Assembly (NCBI GenBank): GCA_002633005.1
Contig: NMRA01000299.1
Span: forward strand, 1 to 64,000
Source: Phoronis australis
Taxonomy: Eukaryota > Animalia > Phoronida
DNA length: 64,000 nucleotides
Direction: 5' to 3'
Positions within the stretch are counted from its first letter, which is position 1; the number at the start of each line of letters is the position of its first letter. This document shows positions 55,401 through 61,349 of the stretch, in pieces. The translations under genes were made by a program, and so were the position numbers. The notes beneath the pieces were generated by a model. The model had not been told where the DNA came from and searched no databases. It saw only the letters and a program-made list of their open reading frames with translations.

Positions 55401-58400
55401 TATGGCATGTTCCTTTTTTTGGATGGATTGTATGTTTTGGCCATTTTTATGATAGAAAAAAATAACCCTAAAAGCACCATTTGCAATGCATGTATTGGCG
55501 TATTTCAACGCTCCGCGTTTGTCTTGTTATAATTGTGAATTTCAACTTTTCAAAGCATGGATACCGTAAACATTTAGGTTAACGCCCATGTTCACTTAAC
55601 CACCCATCCCCTACTTTAGGTGGATTTTCGATTTAACCGCCCACTGCTCGGTTAACTGCCCCTTTGCGATTTTTGATTTAAGATTTCCAGTTAAGGGCCC
55701 ACCTCTCAGTTAAGCGCCCATCCCCAACTTTTGAATTGATTTTACGCTCCCAATGTTGAGGAAACGCACGATTACCCATTTTTAGATAAAATTCGATGAT
55801 AACAAAAAATGCAACGACAGCGTCGGAGACGGTGGTTTGGCAATGTGAATTATAATACAAGTAACAACATTTTTGTCCTGGGTCATGGATTTGCTTCAAA
55901 ATGTCTCTTTATTTTCTTCCCATGTTCACAAAACTAAGAACCCCCCGGCTTCAATACCTGTGATTTCAGCGATGCCGTCTGCTGCGCTAAGTTTCCGTCG
56001 GCAGTGCTCTAGATAAAACGTATATTCGAAAAAATAAAGCCAGAGAAACGTGACAGTGTTCTTGCCAACACTCCTAACTCATGACAGCGTTTTCCCGTTC
56101 AGTGACTTTACCATACACAGGGGGTTGTGAGCATGTGATAACATCTAGCTTCTTTGTTAACTGCCAAGCACGGTCTTTTGTCTGGTATGACAACAGGTGG
56201 GCCAATTATCTACCAAGCTTTTTACAGACCACATGTGAACACCATTAAACCCAGAGTGAATTTGGTACATTCTGAAAGAATAGATTGTCGTAACTTCGGT
56301 TGCAGTTGGGCCATTTTGGCGATTCAAAAACTAAACATGATCACCATTTGACGAGGATTTCAGAAATGCTATTGGTTTATGTTCAAATATATTATAACTT
56401 GACTTTTATTTTTAACAGCACAGCTCAGTCAGGCTATTACGATCTTAATGGAGGTTAGAGCAATTATCGAACAAAAGAGAGCTGGCCCTCCAACCATGAA
56501 TGCCAGAATTGAGTTAATCAGTCGTGTAAGATATTGGCTAAGGGGTTAAACTTCCCAACTTGTTGTTGGGCTATAGAATCGAACAAGTTGGGAGCAACGG
56601 GATAATGCCGTAATGTCACTTTAGGCGGGAAGCTTGGATTTTGAAGAATTCCTTAACTTTGTGAATCCACCTATACCTTTTTAGCCCTTCCGCATATTTT
56701 TGTTATTTCATTGGCTAGTTTCAACCAGAACAAAATCCTTACCGTTCGAGTCTGAAATATCTATGATGTAGGCTGACTGAAAATTGGCAGCAGTGGGGAG
56801 GGTGTGAAACCCTTGGGTCTACTGGAACATCGAGCCACGAATTATTATAACTGAGACTTTGCGTTGCAGTTTTGGGGTACTCTGGTTTTTTAAAACAGCA
56901 GGAGGCCCAAGTTCAGTGTCAAATAAACAACCGGTCAGCTTAAACCTACAGTCAAGTCACTATACTTTTTACACCTTTTTTTTACTGTCACTGTTCTCTT
57001 TTGATGTGCGACTTAGGTGTGGTGCGCGCGTGCGACTTCCCACACACTGGAATGCAAGTTACGTTGACTGCGTTTTTGGGGGGCGTTGCGCGCAAACAGC
57101 GGGACCGAACAGTGTCGCAGTATGATATTGTATGTGATATTATAATAGGATATTCTGGAAGTCTTGCATGTAAAATAAAAAATTTTTCCATCACAAAATT
57201 TGGTAAGTTGATCGTTTACAATGAATAGAAACATCGCTGTTTTGTGACGTTTTATAACATAGGGCGTGGTCTGTACATTGGAAATTCCAGGTTGCATGTT
57301 ACGACTAAATACAAGATGACCAAAATCTGGCTTATGTCTGCGTACCTCCGCCGGGCGGTCAAAATAAAACAGCCGCAGAACCTTACGTTGAAAATATCAT
57401 TGAATCACGGAGTCTCGAACATAAACATCCCAAACACAAAAAAACACCTGAATTAGTTTTTCAAACTTTAATTACAAATAATTTAAAACTGCTATGTAAC
57501 ACGTGACTCTGCTGTGACCTTTGCAGCATGTGAAGCTTGCATGCGCGCACTTTGCACTGTCACGTCAGTGAGGATATATAGTTGCAATCCAAGTGGAGCG
57601 CTGCATTAAGTCACAGGTCATCTGCGCTCTACAGGTACAGCTCTAACAAGACCGTAGGACGACACGGGCTATTACTCAGCAGTTTTGAAATTTAACTGAA
57701 ATCATTAATCTTAGAGCAACAGAACCTTTGTTGGGATCATCCGCTGTTATGACAATTTTAGAGTCATTTGGCGACTGGCGATAAAGCTCGGAAAAGTGCT
57801 ACGCATTTCAACCAGGTGTGGGGACTGAGATGATGAGGTTAATTAAAGCGCCCATGTCTGGTTAACCGCCCTGACCCCGATGTTTTGAGTTTGCCAATTT
57901 ATCCATCCAGGGCGTTAACCCGAAAGTTTACGGTATATTAGCTTCCAAAAATATTAAAGAATTGCACCAGTATTGTTGAAAATTGTCTGAGGGAATTCAA
58001 GAAAATATTCTAATTGTTATCACTGTCTTAAACTTTCCAAAGCCATGGTTTGCTTGTTCAGTTGTTTGCCACGGTATACCTTGTTTTGTAAGTATATTAT
58101 TTGTCAGTATCTTCATTTACACGACTCAAGCCAAACAGTTTGAAAATTCACCAGTTTTATTCCATGATATATCAATGTATTTTGGCCAGTGTTTTATTGC
58201 TGTGAAGCCATAGCTAATGTAGTGATCCACTTCACACAATGATCTTTGATCTGATTTCCCAGTATATTGGGCGAATATTGGGTATTTGAAAACCCGTCCA
58301 GTGAAAGTAGCCGCCCTCATGGTTTATTTGATCTTGCACTCATCCCAGCTTTATCCAATTTTCTGTAGTAAAAGTTAATGTAGATAGCATCAAACTGAGC

Positions 58401-61349
58401 ATGGACTTCATTTCTGGGTTTGATTGGCTCATGCTACAAATTTAACTTGGTTGGCTTCACTGAAAAATTGTTTCTACCTATTTTTGTGTTACCTTTGGGT
58501 GAAGTTGTCTTTATTGTGAACAAATATCAACAATTAGTTTTTAAAGCATCAAAAGTGACCCGGTAATAGTAAAGTGCTAGCTTTAAATCCAAGCCCTTCA
58601 GCACCCTCTAAAAACACATGGCTGAGAAACATTAACATGAATCTTTTACCAGTGATATTGATGGCCTGAGGCAAATTATTTGAGGGCAACCTTTTGTAAC
58701 CTGTCTGAGGATGGCTCATGTTTCATGCACACTTTTAGTTTCAGTATTTTGCTTCATGTTAAAGAATTACAAAGATGCTGTGAAATAGGGGTTTCTAGTG
58801 AACTGTTTTCATACCCTAATAACTGGCTTCATTCAAACAACAGTTGTATGGTGTGGGCAACCTCCCATGATTTCAAGAACTCGGCGCAGTGGCAACTCTT
58901 TCTACTACCAAGATATTGTGCTGTACACCTGTTTTACTGGCTATAATCTGACCAATGGCAGCCTAGTTAAAGAGTGCCAGGAGAACGGAAGCTGGAGTGG
59001 AGATGACCCTCGTTGTGATCGTAAGTTTACAACATTACGTAATTACATAATTTCTTTTACTGTTGGAATCAATGTATCTTACTGCAGTGAGCATTTCAAA
59101 CTTGAAAATCGTGACTGTGTAGTTTGCAAACAGACATTTTATCGTTATTTGCTTATGAGCAGCCAGGAAAAATTGTTAAATAATTTGAACTTTTATTGTA
59201 AACTGCATTTTTTCAAATCAGGTGCCACTTAATCCTGCATTTTTTAGCAAAATAATTTATGGTCCTCTGGTTTGAAGTTACTCTGAGGTTACGCTTATGT
59301 TTTGTCTGAGTGTGCATTTAGCCAAATCTCTAGATATTATCTCAGTCTTCATTAAAAGTATCTATTTTCGGAAAGCTTTGATTTTTCAGAAAAAAGTTAG
59401 GTACACCCATAGCAAGACAAATGTATCGGTGTTATGGCCAAATGTATCAGTATTATGGCCAAATGATCCTTGTTATGGCCAAACTGTATCAGTGTTATGG
59501 CCAAATTTCAGTATTATAAGTATTCAAGATGAAATCTTTACTTAAAACCCTGTTACAGTTTTCTAAAAATGTTTTGTTTATTACAACAGTACTTTTGATT
59601 TTTTCACAAAAATGATGAGACCCCTGTTTTTGTTAGCCCTCATGTAAACGTGAAACATTTTAAAAACAATTCTGAAGGTAGCCAAATTTGGATATTTTCC
59701 TAGGGTCCGGCATAACCTTAAGGAATTCTTGCAGTAAACACCAATTCACAATTGGGCAATAGTTTGCGTCCAAAAATCCATGTCAGACATGCAATCTGCA
59801 ATACAGAAGCATGACCAGATTTGATGATAACTCTTTGAATGATTGTGCGGGTACATACTTAGGAGGACGCCAAAAATGAATTTAGAATATTGGAATATTA
59901 GAATTGTATCTAAGGCTGACTGCAGGCAGTGCTGTTGTGGTAAAATTAGAGGTAAGTAGGCGCCCTGAAGCCCTTAATTCTTATAATCTTGAGCACTGAA
60001 CCTAACTTATTACGGTACATAGGTGCTACGTTCAAATGCCAAAAGGTGGTTGGCTGTGCCTGCATGCGCTTACCCCCCACCACAGCACTGACTGCAGGTT
60101 AGATCTGTTCAAAAAGCAGTTGATGTTGTCTTTTTTGTGTAAAAAAACTAAAAATGAGACTGTAGGGTGCAACAGCAGAGCAGTTTAATCTCACCAATTT
60201 TTTACAAAAATGTTAATAAAATTAACCTTTTTCAGTTTTTAAGGTCTTTTACCATTGTTGTGAATGTTCACATTTTTTCAAAATATTTTCTGATTGTAGC
60301 TATTGTAAAGAACTTCAACTTGGTAAAGCATGAAGTTGATACTAAGTATCCTTTATGAAAAATGAGGAAAAAATGTCACTGCCATATTGTGTCCTAAATT
60401 AGTGAGATGTTTTCCTAGTCACTTTTATTTGAAAATCATTGTTGGCTCCATCCACAATATTCAATAGGAACACTTCTGTCACATTCCATGACTATCATTA
60501 AAGCTTTATGCAATTTTGAAAGGCAGACAAATGGACAACAAATTACATAAATTAATTATATTAAAACAGCAGGTGCTGCAACTGTCTGAAAATGAGTAGG
60601 TGCCGTCCTTTCTTTGAACAGAGTTGCCAAATTTAAAGTAAATCTGAAAGGGAACTTGGTAGATTATAGAAGCAGAGACAAAATATTTAATTGCCAAAAT
60701 TGGGCCCCAGTCATGAAGTTGGCATGGTGCATTCTCTTCCTGAGGGAAGATGTCTGCTAAATTTCACAATGGAATTTTAGAGATAGTTAATGTGCTGGAT
60801 ATCAATGTAGACAGACAAAAATGATATTCATTGTTGACTTTGCATCCTTTCTGCCAAGGTCAAGAGGACCACTGCTCAATATTTGAAGGTCAATATGTGG
60901 ACAGTGTATATCAATGTGGTATCCCAGTTATTTTTTGAAGGCGAACTCCATCCCAAGTTTTGAAACTCAATTTTTTGAATTGGTTTTTGTGGTAATACAC
61001 ATGTTGAGAACCTTTATATTAATGTATAGATTTGAGGCTTATGGGTCATCATCATCTGCGAAGCACTGACAATTCACACCGTCTTCCTTTGCTTCCAGCT
61101 ATCCCCGGTCCTCCACCAAATGAAAGGAAAGCTACATGGAAGAGTATGCCAAAAGCTGAAGCTGCTGGCTCTGTGTATGTAGGTGGCATTGCTATCGGAC
61201 TCGTGGCTGGTATATTTGGTGTGATGATCTTTTTAGACCTCATTACCATACAGAGACATTTGACGAAACTTACAGGGAACTTACGTGCCGGCTGGAAACG
61301 ATATAGCTCATGGAAAAATACACATGTTCATAACAAGGTTGCTCCTTGA
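1231..61349 (+). CDS. Multi-exon gene (5'-partial, 22 exons in window, ~1,397 aa): type I membrane protein CTLD-CCP2-FA58C-CCP-FTP-CCP3-SUEL-CCP8-TM-short tail
   Basis: Exons joined by hand using AG acceptors and GT (one GC) donors. All phases are compatible, giving one open frame to TGA at 61347-61349. Domains recognised from Cys/Trp patterns and family motifs. Confidence 0.88.
1771..6210. mobile_element. Non-autonomous DNA transposon with ~350-bp diverged TIRs (Kolobok-like termini), host to a nested hAT
   Basis: 1771-~2135 (ttcaaagggttactaaaaccat...) is the reverse complement of ~5866-6210 (...atggtttcagtaaccctttgaa) along its length. Confidence 0.7.
2972..5413 (-). mobile_element. Decayed hAT-superfamily transposon
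   Basis: TIRs cattggcggatcta / tagatccgccactg flanked by direct gcgag. Minus-strand remnants DIVEAYKLID...IQIPRQPRQQKDRTNVPGETP...KPFLDNL resemble hAT (PRKRIR/THAP12-like) transposase. Confidence 0.75.
6724..6912 (+). CDS. Exon: CCP/sushi module 1 (GC donor)
   Basis: tttcag acceptor. CGDPG...VTYSCNSGY...RTCLVSGAWSGAPPVC. The phase-1 donor is AG|gcaagt. Confidence 0.88.
7106..7262 (-). mobile_element. Solo Penelope-like 3' terminal fragment
   Basis: Near-identical to 52671-52825, the 3' end of the Penelope-like element. Confidence 0.75.
7595..7612. repeat. (GT)n microsatellite
   Basis: gtgtgtgtgtgtgtgtgt. Confidence 0.9.
8102..8284 (+). CDS. Exon: CCP module 2
   Basis: ttttag acceptor (alternative in-frame aag at 8107), gtaaat donor. 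CGDPG...YTCNVGF...CQSSGLWSGVPPVC. Confidence 0.9.
9790..10771 (+). mobile_element. 5'-truncated L2/CR1-clade LINE (RT C-terminus, 3'UTR, AAT(A) tail)
   Basis: KYLGLILDPNLKFNMHID...LYHCIIQPHIDYCLPVWG...QNRAARAI...GKRSFIYAAAIIWNS. 3' stem gagggcc...accctc followed by aataataaataataaat. Confidence 0.88.
11226..11428 (+). CDS. Exon: F5/8 type C (discoidin) domain part 1
   Basis: tctag acceptor (phase 1), aag|gtaatc donor. VTASS...GAWCA...FLQLDLGQVVTVVKLVTK. Confidence 0.85.
12320..12421 (+). CDS. Exon: F5/8 type C domain part 2 (not in ORF track)
   Basis: ttttcag acceptor, gtaagt donor, 102 nt, phase 0-0. GKADEDSWTKTMEISTSLDGSTFLCVSDSGGCFT matches the G..WV..Y.I..S.DG motif. Confidence 0.85.
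12690..12920 (+). mobile_element. Short LINE/SINE 3'-end fragment with L2-like tail
   Basis: gagggcccccatggaaagcag...accctc followed by (aaaat)n, resembling the end of the 9790-10771 element. Confidence 0.5.
13469..14898. mobile_element. TA-flanked non-autonomous TIR element (Tc1/mariner-pogo-like), family 1
   Basis: Termini tactgttttcaccctaataagcgccca / tgggcgcatattagggcgaatacggta. Inverted homolog of 39312-40650. Confidence 0.8.
15646..15775 (+). CDS. Exon: F5/8 type C domain part 3 (not in ORF track)
   Basis: ttttcatag acceptor, gtaagt donor. FIGNSDRDTPVEQVFPIPMAARYIRVKPVTYRGSKCLRLDVIG matches FxGNxD / ARYIR / LRxE motifs. Confidence 0.88.
15873..19471 (+). mobile_element. Decayed Academ (XPG-nuclease type) DNA transposon
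   Basis: ~300-bp TIRs starting TAGCGGAGAGGGAAT and ending ATTCCCTCCCCGCTA, 3-bp TSD ttg. Remnants QEEADTRMMLHLQHA, LFHVLTGCDVVS, LPPTQHALFQHAKRS...W and a Cys-rich C-terminus. Confidence 0.8.
21945..22130 (+). CDS. Exon: CCP module 3
   Basis: ttctag acceptor, gtacgc donor. CGHPG...VKYTCMLG...RTCNVSGTWTGTLPVC. Confidence 0.88.
22808..24211. mobile_element. TA-flanked TACCGTA-ended non-autonomous element, family 2
   Basis: Termini taccgtaaactcgcgggtt / aacctgcgagtttacggta, with repeated subterminal taatcgcccatcccc boxes. Confidence 0.8.
24572..24965. mobile_element. Small MITE
   Basis: Imperfect TIRs tattgccatgcctttaggcccgtggac / gcccacaggcctaacggtgtgacagta. Confidence 0.55.
24987..25058 (+). 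repeat. 27-bp tandem repeat (~2.6 copies)
   Basis: gaaccagtctggtttaactgtaattac repeated head to tail. Confidence 0.9.
25788..25988 (+). CDS. Exon: F-type lectin (fucolectin/FTP) domain part 1
   Basis: caacag acceptor, gtatgt donor. DLALNKPTSQSST...SVDG...CSFT...SWWRVNL...IVLTNRD. Confidence 0.9.
26005..26270 (+). repeat. Purine-rich (GA) low-complexity tract
   Basis: Runs such as gggaaagggtgggaggaacaggg, duplicated. Confidence 0.8.
26494..26715 (+). CDS. Exon: F-type lectin domain part 2
   Basis: ttctcacag acceptor, gtgagt donor. RLKKFDIR...LC...IRC...AQYVYI...LAMCEVEVYG. Confidence 0.9.
29121..30180 (-). mobile_element. 5'-truncated L1/Tx1-type LINE 3' end
   Basis: Minus strand QCPYCGYVQTFQRMFYSCFCVKRFW resembles the ORF2 C-terminal zinc knuckle. 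AATAAA and an A-tail appear as tttatt and a T-run at ~29121-29150. Confidence 0.7.
30378..30554 (+). CDS. Exon: CCP module 4 (not in ORF track; paralog of CCP2)
   Basis: ttcaag acceptor, gtatag donor. CGDPGQIANASKSGNDYTSPNTVTYTCNTGFYAVGGALTRQCQSSGLWSGVPPVC. Confidence 0.88.
31579..31752 (+). CDS. Exon: CCP module 5
   Basis: ttttag acceptor, gtaagt donor. CGVAP...NYTCVTGY...LRCNETGHWSGSLLQC. Confidence 0.9.
32205..32381 (+). CDS. Exon: CCP module 6
   Basis: ttccacag acceptor, gtgagc donor. CSTLG...RYACKPGY...RTCTDTGSWSGIQPVC. Confidence 0.9.
32500..32690 (+). repeat. ~29-bp degenerate minisatellite
   Basis: About 6 variant copies of acgctagcgtgtcaaacatgtaaaatttg. Confidence 0.8.
32700..34784 (-). 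mobile_element. Decayed PIF/Harbinger-superfamily (ISL2EU-like) transposon: THAP + HTH + DDE_Tnp_4
   Basis: THAP CCVPGC...FYMFP...W...VCSEHF...IP; KFYTGF; RIILACTEIFIQTP...YSSYKSHNTAK; GRMSD...VMADPGF; RIARLRIHVERVI. Frameshifts and stops present. Confidence 0.85.
33513..33736. mobile_element. hAT-like MITE nested in the Harbinger relic
   Basis: TIRs caggggcagatcca / tggatctgcccctg. Confidence 0.65.
35516..35827 (+). CDS. Exon: SUEL / rhamnose-binding lectin (Gal_Lectin)-like domain (not in ORF track)
   Basis: tttcag acceptor, gtaagt donor, 312 nt, phase 1-1. TTCLGSTVNLTCP...IEVVTASFG...C...C...VRNECQYKMFCSV...FGSPCP...FLIVMYLC has the 8-Cys SUEL spacing. Confidence 0.85.
36009..36900 (+). 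mobile_element. Helentron-associated/DINE-1-like element copy (partial)
   Basis: ttttatgtgc start, ccgtccgtcc microsatellite, internal homology to 48684-49998. Confidence 0.6.
38362..38538 (+). CDS. Exon: CCP module 7
   Basis: ttttag acceptor, gtgcca donor. CKDPG...VTYTCDTGY...RTCHPSGTWTGVLPTC. Confidence 0.9.
38750..39120 (-). repeat. Dispersed repeat cassette (also at ~2560-2745 and ~56250-56615, + strand)
   Basis: Shared gattcaaaaactaaaca...tttgacgaggatttcagaaatg...cacagctcagtcaggcta. Confidence 0.7.
39312..40650. mobile_element. TA-flanked TACCGTA-ended element, family 1 (inverted copy of 13469-14898)
   Basis: Termini taccgtatttgccgtaataaccgccca / tgggcagttattacgacgaatacggta. Colinear internal homology. 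Confidence 0.82.
43118..43291 (+). CDS. Exon: CCP module 8
   Basis: ttccag acceptor, gtgagt donor. CGDPG...TYACDPGY...RFCQANKQWSGILLRC. Confidence 0.9.
44267..44449 (+). CDS. Exon: CCP module 9
   Basis: tgtcag acceptor, gtaagt donor. CPGISPVQNG...NYTCMPGY...RICQANKTWSGKAPKC. Confidence 0.9.
45444..47317. mobile_element. TA-flanked TACCGTA-ended element, family 3, spanning the assembly gap
   Basis: Termini taccgtaatcgttcgggttaa / ttaactcgaacgattacggta. Homologous to 55562-57935. Confidence 0.82.
45795..46448. other. Assembly gap (654 N)
   Basis: Run of n. Confidence 0.99.
47523..47705 (+). CDS. Exon: CCP module 10
   Basis: ccaag acceptor, gtaagt donor. CGSP...ITYRCYYPY...NCSENATWLGDVPVC. 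Confidence 0.87.
48477..48653 (+). CDS. Exon: CCP module 11
   Basis: ttttcag acceptor, gtaagt donor. CGDPG...VTYTCRRGY...RQCLKSGWTGSLPIC. Confidence 0.9.
48684..49998 (+). mobile_element. Helentron-associated (HINE/DINE-1-like) element with internal ~440-bp tandem units
   Basis: T-run start and 5' hairpin tgcacccacatatttatatgttggtgca. Complementary subterminal gtgggcgcat near the 3' end, which finishes ctcttgtt. Internal unit repeats at ~48840, ~49285 and ~49730. Confidence 0.7.
51586..51762 (+). CDS. Exon: CCP module 12 (frame not in ORF track; two extra Cys)
   Basis: gttcag acceptor, gtaagt donor. KCCGEPDPVPLSKRYGSSFCYQDLLVYACNLEYELSAGDSRRICSENRTWTGSAPVC. Confidence 0.88.
52671..54100 (-). 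mobile_element. 5'-truncated Penelope-like retroelement (RT + GIY-YIG)
   Basis: GLAMGSPVSP...WLRYVDDTF...LPFLDL...YRKPTH; GVIYQLKC...YIGETKR...RFKEH; RILAKEQNWHTRNLKEAINI. Confidence 0.9.
52945..53221. mobile_element. MITE with TA TSD inserted in the Penelope GIY-YIG domain
   Basis: TA|cataacg...cgttatg|TA. Removing it and one TA restores ...HTTSLASSRILAKEQ. Confidence 0.75.
54370..54549 (+). CDS. Exon: CCP module 13
   Basis: ttcttag acceptor, gtaagt donor. CGKP...VHYACKAGY...RTCRMDKKWSDAPMRC. Confidence 0.9.
54566..54680 (+). mobile_element. tRNA-derived SINE fragment
   Basis: A-box-like tggcctggttga and B-box ggttcgaatcc, followed by tccttgggcc. No complete cloverleaf. Confidence 0.7.
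54916..55168. mobile_element. TTAA-flanked MITE (Kolobok-like)
   Basis: ttaa|agagttcccaccatg ... catggtgggaattct|ttaa. Confidence 0.75.
55275..55528 (+). mobile_element. 3' fragment of the HINE/DINE-1-like family
   Basis: Matches ~49700-49998, including the ending ggcgtatttcaacgctccgcgtttgtcttgtt. Confidence 0.65.
55562..57935. mobile_element. TA-flanked TACCGTA-ended element, family 3, with a nested repeat cassette
   Basis: Termini taccgtaaacatttaggttaacgccc / gggcgttaacccgaaagtttacggta. Homologous to 45444-47317. Confidence 0.82.
58844..59020 (+). CDS. Exon: CCP module 14
   Basis: caacag acceptor, gtaagt donor. CGQPP...LYTCFTGY...KECQENGSWSGDDPRC. Confidence 0.9.
59421..59515 (+). repeat. 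~21-bp tandem repeat (~4 copies)
   Basis: Variants of tgtatcagtgttatggccaaa. Confidence 0.85.
61099..61349 (+). CDS. Terminal coding exon: Pro-rich linker, transmembrane helix, cytoplasmic tail
   Basis: gcttccag acceptor (phase 1). Hydrophobic VYVGGIAIGLVAGIFGVMIFL, then a basic tail ending HNKVAP and TGA. Confidence 0.85.

Noticed and set aside
1231-61349. Naming the gene SVEP1, CSMD, selectin or furrowed
   Set aside because: No VWA, EGF, pentraxin, HYR or CUB domains are visible and the domain order differs. Similarity would come only from shared sushi repeats.
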